Part shown: piece by piece, positions 41,401 to 48,700 of the stretch
Layout of the letters: every line of letters begins with the position of its first letter
Numbering within the stretch: position 1 is the stretch's first letter
Assembly: GCA_963668625.2 (NCBI GenBank)
Contig: CAXXKA010000010.1
Span: 224,001 to 288,000 of the forward strand
DNA from: an uncultured candidate division Zixibacteria bacterium
Lineage (GTDB): Bacteria; Zixibacteria; MSB-5A5; UBA10806; 4484-95
Length of the DNA: 64,000 bases
Reading direction: 5' to 3'
The notes under the pieces: generated by a model
The model's database searches: none
What the model was told of the DNA's origin: nothing
Seen by the model: only the letters and a program-made list of their open reading frames with translations
Position numbers and translations under genes: made by a program

Positions 41401-43919
41401 ATGAGGGGGATACGCTCCTGGTTAATCTTTCTGCGAATGACCCGGATGGTACCGAACCGCCGATTATTACTATCAACAACCCGCATCCGCACTCTGAATT
41501 TACCGATAACGGCGACGGCACCGCAATCTACAGGTATATGCCTGATTATCTCGATGCCGATCTCGATACACTTGTTTTCATTGCGATAGATTCGGAAAAT
41601 CTGCAAGGTATACTCAGGGTTGAGGTGACCACGGATGAAACTAACCTTCCGCCTGATTTGATGTACGAGGGTGATTCGGTTGCCATTCAAGGTGAAACCA
41701 TGAGAGCGCAATTGATCGCTACCGACACAACTGATTCGGATGGCGGTCCGTTATTCCTATCGGCATTATACCTGCCGGATAACGCCCAGTTTACCGATAA
41801 CGGTGATCATACCGGTGAATTCGAATTCTCGCCGGCATACGATCAGGTAGGATTGGATTCAGCAGTGTTCATCGCGGTGGATGATGATTTACCGTCAATG
41901 TCCTCGACGATAACTGTTCATATTGAGATAAGAAGTCAGAACCGACGACCCGTTTGGGATCCGATCGATTCTTATGAGATTGATCAGGCTGAAACGCTCA
42001 CTGTAGACATATCCGCCACCGATCCCGATGGGGATACATTGATACTGCAACTGGCCCAGACTCCCGCGCCCCCGAGAAACGCCAGTATTGTAGATAACGG
42101 TGACGGCACGGGCGAACTTATATTCGCACCGGATTATACTCAGCAGGGAGTATTCATTATAAATCTGGTGGCATACGATCTTCTGGATAGAGCCACAACT
42201 TATGCCTTTGTCATGGTAAACGATCTGGGGAATCAGCCACCTACGCTGAATTTCATAGAGGATATCACGCTTGATGAGGGAGATAGTATCGAGGTTGTCG
42301 TTACAGCCACCGATCCTGATTCGACCTCGCCCGCTATACTGGTTGAAGGCGCTCCGCACAGGTTTAATTATCTGGATAACGGTGACGGGACAATGGATAT
42401 ATCGTTTATTCCTCTTTTCAACCAGGCTGGAACTTATGAGCTGCTGTTTATGGCGATGGATTCCGATGGCGCCGCTGATTCACAATATGTAAATATAACC
42501 GTAATTGAGGTGGGCAACCAACCGCCGAGAATCGATGTTATCAGTTTCCTGCCCGTCGATGAAATGCAGACGGTGAACAGGTTGATCAGCGCCAGCGATC
42601 CAGATTCTACTATACCATCCTTGCGCCTGCTTAATCCGCCGGAGAACGCGACATTCGTCGATTCCGGCAACGGCTATGGAAGGTTTATCTGGACGCCTAA
42701 CTACTTCCAGTCAGGTACCGATACACTGGTATTCAGGGCTATCGATGAGGAGGATTCGACGGTTTTCTACGATCGCCAGGCGATTCTGGTAATCAATAAT
42801 GTGAATCGTCCTCCAACCATGGAGGAAATAGTTGGCCATGTCGTAGCCGAGGGTGAAACGCTTGGATTCCTGGTAACGGCCGACGACCCTGATAACACTT
42901 TCCCGATTTTACGTATGGTTACACAACTGAATAACACCACCTTTACGGACTCCGGTAACGGCGTGGGTTATTTCAGTTTCACGCCCGCCTATAATCAATC
43001 GGGATACCGACCGGTAATGTTCTATGCCAGGGATGTCGATGACACCACGGTATTTGCCGAGGCGCTCGCCAGAATCACGGTGACTAATGTCAATCGCCCG
43101 CCGGTTATGGAGAGTTTACCCGAAGACACGACTATTGCGGATGGCACTCAATTCGAGTTAACGATCACCGCTAGTGATCCTGATGGAAATACTCCGTCAT
43201 TGCTAGCCTCCAATATGCCGTCCACGGCAACATTCGTGGATAATGGCGATGGTACCGGACTATTCAGATTCCTGACTGATTTTGGCGATGTTGGAGATTA
43301 TGCGGTAACATTCTGGGCTCGCGATCCCGATAATTCATCAGTGTTGGTAAGCCAGACCGTGACTATTCATGTCATAGCCGCCGCTGAGCATGCACCGTAT
43401 TTCGTCAACAGTGATACTACGATTTCTACCCGACCTCTTGAATTGTTGAATATCATGATGGAGGCGATTGATTATGACGGCGATGCACTGACATTCTCTT
43501 ATATCGGTTCTCTGCCGACTGGAGCTGTTTTAACCGATGGTGGCGATGGAACCGCCGTGTTTAACTGGACGCCAAGCTATGCTCAGAACGATTCGCAATA
43601 TACACTACAATTCGTTGTTACCGATGCTACCGACAGATCGGATACATACACGATGCAGATTGAGGTGAGAAATTGGATCAGGGGTGACGCCAATGGTGAC
43701 GGAAGCGTACTTGGCTCGGACGTTGTTTATCTCGTGAATTATTTCAGATCGCTTGTCCCGAGACCCGAACCCGTACAGCGCGGTGATGCTAACGGCGACG
43801 GCGATATTCTTGGCTCGGATGTCACTTACCTGGTTAACTATTTCAGAGGTGTAGGCCCCCCGCCTCCGCCGGGTCCGGCCACAGATGATAACAATAACCT
43901 TTTTGAACTAAGGGACTAA
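26469..43919 (+). CDS. Giant (5816 aa) tandem Ig/cadherin-like repeat surface protein with a C-terminal class A dockerin
   Basis: Signal peptide; about 61 repeats of ~93 aa (NxAP...QxVxEG...DxDxD...LPxNAxFxDSGNGHGLFxFxPDYxQxGxY...SDG..D); ends RGDANGDGSVLGSDVVYLVNYFR...RGDANGDGDILGSDVTYLVNYFRG; no CTD. Confidence 0.93.
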   Translation: MKIKALLWAILFMSVTGGLAYAQNAPVIDPISPQFVDEGEHLEFVITASDTDGDSLEYTLLNLPTNASFVDSGNGHGLFTFDPDYSQSGNLQISVIAQDSSMADTELVDITVNDVNRAPEFDPVTAQSVDEGAHLEFALISSDLDGDGLTLTAEDLPANATFVDSGNGHGLFEFDPDYTQSGEEQVRFIASDGTLADTITVDITINDYNSAPTLTAISGQSVDEGSHLGFLVEATDPESDILTLTAENLPTNATFTDSGNGTGLFEFDPSYIQNGTYNVRFIADDGFYADTQMVSITVNRVNVSPVITAIPVQAVDEGQHLEFAISATDINDDVIDLLAENMIANSSFTDNGNGQGTFTFDPDYSQSGIYNVRFVAEDGELADTQVVEITVNHINLAPVIDTITAQSVDENTHFEYLLTSSDFDSDALTFTVGSSPLNSSFTDYSDGTGLFEFDPTYLQSGVYNVSFIVADGALSDTMTMSVTVNDVNAPPVLGPIGSQVVDEKQSLGLLITASDVDGQSINMTAEQLPENASFIDSGNGNGWFVFDPDSTQSGEYAVRFIASDGAAADTQLVDITVNQVNVAPSIDPISLLAVDEGDHLGYVITATDFDNDAITLSMYNDPLNSAFVDSGNGHGLFTFDPDFSQEGSYTVRFIVSDGVLADTSTMGISVNHFNTAPVIIPIGSQEVAENQTLDIHVLTTDNENDNRTITLRNAPANSSLADSGNGNALFTFTPGYDQTGNYNVTFIVNDGEYADSEIVAIEVTNTNRAPELNAVGSHFVDESSHLEFVVTATEPDLQSITLTAQNLPLNASFTDSGNGNGLFSFDPNYVQAGTYTVRFIASDGELADTSFGDIVVNNINRLPVLASIGSQALNEGEHLVISLTSSDEDTDDDPVLSAENVPSMNATFTDSGNGNGSFIFDPDYTQSGVYNVLFIINDGIAADSEMVTITVNEYNLAPELAAIGTPQNVSENQTLLFNISATDPDGVIPTLAAYDLPSNATFVDSGNGVGTFTFSPDYFQAGSYDIIFAASDGNLADSQVVEVIVDNLNRAPELTPITAQSVDEGGYLGFNISASDPDLETLTITAQNIMPNASFTDSGNGAGFFEFNPNYTQAGNYIVRFIVSDSEFADTIYVDVTVNAINAPPVLAAIPTPQVVGEEDNLEIIITAIDPDGTTPTLAAENLPTNAAFSDNGDGSGGFTFDPVYGQAGGYDILFIAGDGEYADSQIVHLDVVVTNSPPILDPISAQATAEGDILQIIITASDPDLTSPFISAFDLPENAAMYDSGNGHAMLEFIPDFDQEGVYNIMIIASDGSFSDTGYAEITVSNTNVSPVWQVIDDQDVDEGDSLYLHVISSDYDNQALTLTAQSLPLNSVFSDSGNGHGLFRFGPDFTQSGIYNLNFIVSDGEAADTEAVEITVNQINMKPAMTAIGSQSVDEAGHLEFTINTIDFDGDSLILSAEDVPINATFTDLYNNRGDFTFDPDYTQSGVFDVLFIVSDGDMADSELVAITVNDINLPPQIDDVITQSVDEGEHLEFVVTSSDFDPDLLTLIAENMPTNAAFYDSGNGHGLFIFDPDYSQANSYQVRFIVDDGDDADTTQVDITVNDINVAPELAGLSDQTVNEGETLELNVTSIDYDLDTIILTAFDLPANASFYDSTNGTGLLTFTPDYTQGGDYTIGFIAADGALADTEYVTINVEQINIAPELAAIGAQNVDEGGYLEVPVSGTDFDNDALTLIAQNLPTNASFFDSGNGSGSFVFNPSYTQAGNYQVRFIVDDGVLADTELVVITVVETNRAPSITPLSSRSLAEGGSTSFVVFATDPDGVIPALEAFDIPTNSTFEDFGTGSGLFGFNPDFTQAGIYNVGFIASDGELVDTEYVEITVNQVNIAPELNPITDQVIDEGDVFNLVVMSTDYDNDILTMVAEDLPSNATFTDSGNGHGLFRFSPDYTQTGDYTVRFIVSDSDLADTLDVGIIVNNTNRVPVLGTLTDRSVNEDDFISFIVGASDPDGVIPVLTTIDLPANASFEDYSTGTGLFTFSPDNSQSGLYTIGFVASDGDLADTGYIDITVNQVNLAPVLNPPSPQSVEEGGHLEFVVTSSDYDLDALTLSAEDIPLNATFTDSGNGHGLFTFDPSFDQAGVYHVRFIVSDSEFSDSALVSITVGGTNLPPVGEAITDREVNEGGFLSITVNFSDPDGQLLAISSFDRPSNSSFVDNGNNSGRFEFNPDSSQAGSYIVGFIGYDGSLSDTIYANIDVNDINVAPYLDPITTPQTVTEGQTLTFNVSASDYDGNTLTLTTSSLPAHAAFTDSGNGVGTFRFTPNFEQSGDYEIWFNVSDGSLNDSQLVEITVNEINRAPEIADIMSQVIDEGSDLFLYIKSSDPDGQIPVLSAFDMPIRTELIDSSNGRGTLIFRPNYSQSGIYNIGIVSSDGDLADTFVVDITVNDINLAPEIDPLNSQLTNEGEHLELVVTSSDFDEDNLVFTVNDLPLNAVFTDSSNGHGLLTFDPDYSQSGVYNVQFIVSDGDLSDTATVEITVLHINMPPELASIGSRSVAESGHLELLITATDLDAQTLILTAESLPLNAVFSDSGNGHGLFMFDPDNTQAGTYNIRFIASDGTLADSELVEITVNDVNQAPVLAALGDTTVNEGGTLVMTVTATDFDNDTITLNAFNLPTNASFTDNGGGSGTFDFSPDYSQDGAYTVGFVAGDGDLADTVQITVTVNNSNQSPTVASITDRNVNEGAYLSFIVSATDPDGVTPSLAMIDGPLNATFDDNGNGSGLFTFSPGYTQAGAYDIGFVGSDGELADTEYVQITVNQINIGPSFDPISAQVVSEGGHLEFAVISTDFDDDPLVVNEYSLPTHAAFEDSGNGHGLFTFDPDYGQSGVYTVRFISSDGSLSDTIDVAITVTNNNLPPTLGSLADRIIDEDDYLGFVVSAGDPDGTTPVLSALDVPVNGTFEDNGNGSGLFTFNPDYTQSGVYTVTFFATDGELSDTGTVEITVNNVNLAPELDPISPQSVEEGGNLELVVSSTDFDGDQLYLSAENIPANSSFADSGNGHGLFTFNPSFDQDGVYYIRFISFDGSLADSQLVSVSVGQTNLPPVGEEISAQVIDEQATLNFPVSFTDPDGQLLILSSINAPANSSFHDNNDGTGEFEFNPDSSQAGDYTVGFIGYDGLLADTVYAEITVNDVNVAPILGQITSPQTVAEGQLLTFAVAASDFDANILTLTALPLPTNAVFDDSGNGHGLFTFSPDYTQSGQYDIWFKAADSSLADSQLVVINVTEFNRSPVITSVPSQVINEGETLQVVIEAVDPDGQIPVLSALDMPTNAVFTDSGNGNGLFEFTPDFNQNGNYTVRFIATDSELSDTISVEITVNESNLPPELETITDQDMDEGTHLEFIVSSFDPDLDELTLTALNLPSNAAFTDSGNGHGLFTFDPDYTQAGDYQVSFISSDGDLADTMAANITVNHVNLPPELAEIGAQSVDENGHLEFVITSSDFDEQALTLNVVDLPINAAFTDSGNGHGLFAFDPDYTQAGVYPVLYIVSDGELADSEMVNITVNDINLAPEIAEITDQSVAEGEHLEFNVIATDFDENSLSLTTIDLPANATFDDSGNGHGLFAFDPDFNQQGVYDIGFVAGDGNLADTEYVQVTVYETNLPPVITPVADRTLDEGAFQSFVVSSSDPDGTTPTLTMFNNPANTLFEDNGNGTGLFQFSPDYTQSGVYDIGFIASDGVLADTEMVQVTVNHINIAPVLEPVASQVVSEGGHLEFVVASSDFDADVLTLLASNMPSNATFADSGNGHGLFEFDPVYDQGGNYNVRFICSDGDLTDTIDVTITVNNTNQSPELGTLTDRNIDEDQYLGFVVSATDPDGTTPILSVFDLPTNAQFEDNGNGTGLFTFRPDYSQAGVLNVGFIASDGELRDTGYVEITVNQVNLAPELGSILPQSVEEGGHLEMVVLSTDFDNDALTLSAEDLPVNAVFSDSGNGHGLFVFDPTFDQEGIYYIRFIVTDGALADSQLVSVSVGGTNLPPVGEAVADQEVAEQGNLQFAVTFADPDGQLLSLSSFDRPGNSSFIDNEDGTGSFTFDPDSSQAGVYDVGFVGFDGLLADTVMVSITVTDVNVRPSLDTIQTPQLVVEGESLIFGVTADDFDGNVLNLTTSTLPTNAAFVDSGNNAGSFSFSPDFTQSGSYDIWFIASDTALADSQMVTISVVEENLPPVLADVPAQSIDEGGLLEFVVISTDPDGQTLSLWALDMPDNATFDDSGNGHGLFSFSPDNAQAGEYAVGFVASDGGLNDTISVDITVNHINLAPVLDTIGPLTLYEGTRFELVITSSDFDLDELTLTASNLPVNASFADSGNGHGLFVFDPAYGQAGDYTVTFITNDGVLADTEIVEITVQQSNRPPKWETIPNYSVQEGGILQFTVAASDPDSTTPALSIDNYPANITFVDSGNGHGWFRFAPSYTQSGVYDILFLASDGDLVDTAIVQITVNESGNQHPVITPVQSQEVNEGEHLEFVLIATDPEGSIPILSAMNMPANSAFIDSGNGHGLYQFDPDFFQSGVYDVSFIAFDGQYADTELVEITVYDVGFAPELDPIGPQTVAEGSSLELTITGSDPDLTFPELIAENLPENATFTDSGNGVGVMIFNPDYTQAGVITVLFIATDGALSDSEYVQVTVTEFGNVAPILELIPDISLSEGDSVGITISAADPDGNVPFLSVTDTPSNTEFDDNLDGTGTFIFQPDYYQAGEYDITFIADDGELADSQMVHITVSDRNGPPAIDEIMAQSVTEGDSLGFLINSVDPDNNAVTLSADDVPENAYLVDNTDGTGVFNFLPGYTQAGLYEVFIIASDGESSDSQIVSITVNEAGNQAPQFNPVDTLLTVVEGDSLGVVISAYDEDGDMISFNYGSLPFNSGFTNLSADSILFYFKPNYTQVGSYTVNMNVSDGSLSTDLRISIDVLEAGSLAPIFDPIEAQSVDEGDTLLVNLSANDPDGTEPPIITINNPHPHSEFTDNGDGTAIYRYMPDYLDADLDTLVFIAIDSENLQGILRVEVTTDETNLPPDLMYEGDSVAIQGETMRAQLIATDTTDSDGGPLFLSALYLPDNAQFTDNGDHTGEFEFSPAYDQVGLDSAVFIAVDDDLPSMSSTITVHIEIRSQNRRPVWDPIDSYEIDQAETLTVDISATDPDGDTLILQLAQTPAPPRNASIVDNGDGTGELIFAPDYTQQGVFIINLVAYDLLDRATTYAFVMVNDLGNQPPTLNFIEDITLDEGDSIEVVVTATDPDSTSPAILVEGAPHRFNYLDNGDGTMDISFIPLFNQAGTYELLFMAMDSDGAADSQYVNITVIEVGNQPPRIDVISFLPVDEMQTVNRLISASDPDSTIPSLRLLNPPENATFVDSGNGYGRFIWTPNYFQSGTDTLVFRAIDEEDSTVFYDRQAILVINNVNRPPTMEEIVGHVVAEGETLGFLVTADDPDNTFPILRMVTQLNNTTFTDSGNGVGYFSFTPAYNQSGYRPVMFYARDVDDTTVFAEALARITVTNVNRPPVMESLPEDTTIADGTQFELTITASDPDGNTPSLLASNMPSTATFVDNGDGTGLFRFLTDFGDVGDYAVTFWARDPDNSSVLVSQTVTIHVIAAAEHAPYFVNSDTTISTRPLELLNIMMEAIDYDGDALTFSYIGSLPTGAVLTDGGDGTAVFNWTPSYAQNDSQYTLQFVVTDATDRSDTYTMQIEVRNWIRGDANGDGSVLGSDVVYLVNYFRSLVPRPEPVQRGDANGDGDILGSDVTYLVNYFRGVGPPPPPGPATDDNNNLFELRD
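26535..43670 (+). repeat. About 61 intragenic ~279-bp domain repeats with a 2793-bp higher-order period in the middle
   Basis: Counted by hand from the translation. TNLPPVGE begins at 32961, 35754 and 38547, exactly 2793 bp apart. Confidence 0.85.
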
Positions 43920-43951
43920 GTTTAAAAGCTCCACCGTGAGGTTTGGTTGAG

Positions 43952-45460
43952 ATGAAAAAAATAGCAGTAAGTTTAATCATCCTGATAATGCTCCTGAGCG
44001 GCAGCGCTGCTTTTGGAGAGTTTAACCATAAAAATATGGTTTTACTCGAGGATCAGGATGGGTACGAAATTTCATTCGGGCCATCCGTGGAAGCCTACCA
44101 GGGACAGGAAAATATAATTGTACCGATTCGATTGGTAAGCGAGGAGGAGGTCAATTACATTTATTCGTATATTGAATATGACGCCTCGTTGCTGGCGCCG
44201 GTTACAGTGGCTCCATCCATGTTTTTTCAGCATTTCGAGTACGATTTCGTCTCTGAAGGTAAAATCGAACTGGAACTTCAATGCAACTTGCTGCCCCCGC
44301 CGGCGGTAGACCCGATTCCTCCCGGTGATACGGCTTTCGCTTATATAGTATTCGATGTTCTGGCGGAAAATATCGATCATGACCTGGCCGCTTTGCTGGA
44401 TTTTGCCGAGGATATAAACACGCCGTTTCCGGATAATTTTATCATGCTGGATAATGGTTACTTTATTGTACCTCCGCAACTCAGTCTTACCCCGGGCTCG
44501 GTTTTCATTTTTCGGCCTCTTTATGGAGATATCAATCTCAACAATATGGTTTATGAAATCGGAGATATGATTACATTTATTTCGCATTTGAGCGGGGAGA
44601 CAAGTTTCACTCCCCGCCAAACTGCGAATTCGGATTGTAATCGTGATGGCGTAGCGGCTACGGTTTCGGACCTGGTTTACATGCTAAATGTGATAAATGG
44701 AGAACCCGATACATTGCTGTACTCGCCGGGTATGCCGATTGAACCATATCAGCTCACGGAAATCTATACCATATATGCTCCAGATCGGCTTAAAATCCTT
44801 GACAATAATTATATAATCCATATATTTCTAATAGCTGAAGAGCCTCTTAACGGCTTTTTAATTTCGCTTAAAACTCCTGATTTTATTTCGAGTGTCGGTG
44901 ATGTAGCTCTTGGCAGCAACGGAAACGACAAGATAGTTCTGAATTCAAGATCAAACAACGACAACCTGAATATTATTGGTTGTTGTCAGGGTGATGCTTT
45001 GAGTTCAACCGGTAAAATTCATTTACAAATCCCGGTTACCAGTAATGTATGTTTTACCAAGTCGGATTTAAGCGTTACGTTCAAAGACTTTTCAGATGAA
45101 GTAGGGAATATGATTAACGCAGAATTTGAAGTGCAAATCGAAGAATTGAATACTATTGCTATTAATACTACGGAGGAGGAAGATATATCCTCAGATGTAA
45201 GCATTTATCCCAATCCTTTCAACTCACGCGTTAATATTTCTTACGCTCTCTCACAGCAGAGCCTGGTTTCGGTGGAGGTCTTCGATATACTTGGCAGAAA
45301 GGTCAAGGTACTCAAGGACGGTTACGAAAACGCCGGAGTTCAGCATGTTAGCTGGGATGGTCGCAACTCGAGCGGAAGAATCGTATCATCGGGAATGTAT
45401 TTTTGCAAGTTAAGGTTAAATTCGCAGGAACAAACTATCAAAATCCATTTTTTGAAGTAG
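43952..45460 (+). CDS. Cohesin-like + class B dockerin + FlgD-Ig/T9SS-type CTD protein
   Basis: Signal peptide; IIVPIRL...YIEYDASLL...IPPGD; GDINLNNMVYEIGD...NSDCNRDGVAATVSDLVYMLNVING; IYPNPFN...WDGRN...SGMYFCKL. Confidence 0.85.
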   Translation: MKKIAVSLIILIMLLSGSAAFGEFNHKNMVLLEDQDGYEISFGPSVEAYQGQENIIVPIRLVSEEEVNYIYSYIEYDASLLAPVTVAPSMFFQHFEYDFVSEGKIELELQCNLLPPPAVDPIPPGDTAFAYIVFDVLAENIDHDLAALLDFAEDINTPFPDNFIMLDNGYFIVPPQLSLTPGSVFIFRPLYGDINLNNMVYEIGDMITFISHLSGETSFTPRQTANSDCNRDGVAATVSDLVYMLNVINGEPDTLLYSPGMPIEPYQLTEIYTIYAPDRLKILDNNYIIHIFLIAEEPLNGFLISLKTPDFISSVGDVALGSNGNDKIVLNSRSNNDNLNIIGCCQGDALSSTGKIHLQIPVTSNVCFTKSDLSVTFKDFSDEVGNMINAEFEVQIEELNTIAINTTEEEDISSDVSIYPNPFNSRVNISYALSQQSLVSVEVFDILGRKVKVLKDGYENAGVQHVSWDGRNSSGRIVSSGMYFCKLRLNSQEQTIKIHFLK

Positions 45461-45755
45461 TTGTATTTACCGGCTGTCAAATATGCTTCTATTCTTCAGT
45501 TGTTTCTTGAACTGCGTTTGCCTTGCATAGAGCTTTGAAAAGCATAAAATTAAATAAGAAAGTAACTTGCGTGTAATTGGTAAGTGTAAACTTATTTTTC
45601 TAAGAAAGGAAGGTGTCAATAGGTTAAAGGAAATTACAAGATTGATACTCATTACAATTAACTCTTTGGCTTTGGAAATCAGGGTAATCATAGAGAAAAA
45701 AAGAAGTGTAAGTTAGTTTAACAAATTACTCCAAAGATTTTATGGAGGAAAAGTA

Positions 45756-48700
45756 ATGAGAAAAACTCTGTTACTTACAACAGTAATTATTCTCGCATTC
45801 AGCTTGGTTTTTGCCTGGGCTGGTGACAAGAAGGACCAGGTAGAAAAGAAGATTACTGCGACCAGTAATACGCACGCGCCTCAGGTTGATGATGTTAAAG
45901 AACAGAAAGCTCCTGAAGTCGCTCCTGCCGAACAACCGGCCGTAGTTCCTGAAGCTAAGGCTAAATTCATCGATCCCAATGATGAAAGAGTAGCTAAAGC
46001 TGACGAAGAACTGTATTTGCAGAAACAGAATGGTGCCTTTAAACCTGTCGAGCAGGTTGAAGAGGTTAACACCGTAGTAAAAGCAAAGGCAAAAGAAGTC
46101 AAAGCCGAAGAAGAAAAAGCAGTACGCATCATATCCGAGCATGAATTATTGAAAATCAAAGCCTCGGAAATGGGTGTTTCCGTAGAAGAGCTTCTCCACA
46201 AGGAAAGTATTGTACCTCTTACTCCTCCCGGATTGACTACTGCTACCGGTGATAATTGCGCCGATCCTATCACTCTGACAATTCCCGCAGATTTGCCCTT
46301 TGTCGATCAAGATCAGGCTACATGCGGTAGAGGCAATTCAGACAGTACCTCTTGCATGGGGAACTATGACGGTGGTGAAGATATCGTCTACGAAATCACC
46401 GTTACTGCCGATACCTATGTTAATTTCATTTTTGATCCTAAGGGAACAATCTGGACCGGTTTTGCTTTAGCAGCCGAATGTCCCCCTGTGACCTGTATTT
46501 TTAACAATACTTCAGCATCCGGTTCCGAGAGATCTCAAGACGGCGTTTTACTTGAGGCTACAGTCGGCACTTATTACCTGATGATCGATACCTATCCCGA
46601 TCCCGATTGTATTCCGGATTTTGATTTGACTATCGAAGAGTATACGGCTCCTACGGGTCGTTGCTGTGATTACACTGATCCTCCGAACCCGGTTTGTACC
46701 GATGGTGTTGAAGAGGCTGACTGTGATGGCGCGGCCATGACCTGGGTTGAAGGTCTTCTGTGTTCCACAGATCCTTGTCCGTCATATATTGGTAACGATT
46801 GCGCATATCCGATTGTCATTACCGATGCTGATCTTCCTTATTCCGAAACCGGGCAGACTACCTGTATGCGCGGTAACACTTACTCGGAAACCTGTCTGGG
46901 TAACTACGACAATGACGAGGATATCCTTTATGCATTCACCAATACATCTGGTGCAGATATCTTTATCGATGTCGAGGTAACCAATGCTACCGCGGCATAT
47001 CTCGGTATATTAGCCGATACACTTTGCCCCGGTGGTTCTTCATGTTTAGACTATGAGACCGGCTATTACGGCTCTTATGATATCTCCTTAGAGATCGTAC
47101 CGGTTAATGCGGGTCAGACCGTATATATCATGGTTGATAACTATGAAGAGGGTTGTTTCGATTTCGATTTCGATATAACCCAGTACTTAGTTCCTACCGG
47201 ACGTTGCTGTAACTACGATACCGATCCTGATAACCCGACCTGTACTGACGCTATGGAAGAAGACGACTGTGTTGCTTCCGGTACTGATGTAAGCTGGGTT
47301 GAGGATTATGATTGTACCACCAATCCTTGCCCGGTTCCCCCGGTTAACGACGATTGCGCTGATGCTATGACCGTCGTTCCTGATGTCGAGTATACAGTGG
47401 ATAACACCAGAGCTACCGATGATGGCGATGGCGGTGAAGACATTAGACATAATGTCTGGTACTGCTATACAGCTACCTTGACCGGTACAGCTCAGATCAG
47501 ACTGTGCGATTCTGATTTCGATACCGAATTAGCGGTTTATGAAGGCTGCAATTGCGATGCCGGTATGGCCAGCCGCATGCTCGCGTATAACGATGACAAC
47601 TCTACGGTTTGCGGTTCCGGTGGTCGTTCCGCTCTCGATCTGGATATCACTCTTGGTGAGAGTTACCTGATTGAGGCTGGTACGTATTCATCTTATACCA
47701 CTTTTGGCGATATCGTGCTTATCATCGAAGAAACCGCGGCTCCGGTCGAGGGTGATTCGATTGAGAACGCCTACACTATTCCCAGCTTGCCGTACAGCGA
47801 TGCGGGTAACACCTCCGCCTTTACCGACAACTACGTAGGTAGCTGCGGCACTCATGTCAGTGCCCCGGATGTCGTTTACGCTTATACCGCCACTGTCGAT
47901 ACGTTTATCGATATAAGCCTTTGCGGTAGCTCGTACGACACTCGTTTGTATGTATACGAGAACGATACCAGCACTGAGGTTGCCTGTGACGACGATGGTT
48001 GTCCCTCCGTGACTACAACAACTCGGTCCTGGATTAATGCTCTCTATGTAACCTCCGGCGACACTTATTACTTTGTTATTGATGGTTATAGCTCAAACAG
48101 CGGCGATTATGTAATCGACGTTGACTTTGCCGATCCGCCGGCTCTTGGTGATGCCTGTTCGAATCCGATCGACATTACCGCTTTCCCATACACCTTCGCG
48201 GATAACTCCTGCAACTACACCAACAAAGTCAGATACGACGGCCCGGATGTAATCTGGAGATTCACCCTGGCTGCTGCTGCTCGTCTCCAGTTCTCGCTGT
48301 GTAACTCCGATAGCGTCTTCTACGATAACCTCTTCCTCCATGAAGATGGTACTTGCGGAGGCGATTATCTTACTTACGAGTACGATGGTTGCGCATCCTC
48401 AGCTATGACTGAGTTCACTTATGACCTTGGAGCCGGTACCTACTATCTGGTGCTCGATGGTTCTTCCTCAACTCCGAATTGCGGCGAGTTCCAGTTAGAC
48501 ATCGCGGAAATCGTGATTCCGACCGGTCGTTGCTGTTATTACGATACTAATCCTGCTGATCCATACAGCCCGATCTGTGTTGATGCTATTACCGAGGTCG
48601 ATTGCGATGCCTTGATCGATACATTCAGCGGTACCTGGACCGAAGGTCTGGATTGTACCTCTGATCCTTGCCCGGTTCCTGTTGACTTTACAGGCACTGA

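Noticed and set aside
26535-43670. Recurring gatagcggcaacggtcacgg-like motifs every ~279 bp resembling a CRISPR or DGR repeat
   Set aside because: They encode the DSGNGHG motif and vary at third codon positions. Spacing is far too long for CRISPR, and no cas or reverse transcriptase gene is present.
26469-43919. Many 60-200 aa antisense and alternative-frame ORFs inside the giant gene (and inside 19714 and 45756)
   Set aside because: Shadow ORFs expected from biased, repetitive codon use; no RBS and no motifs.
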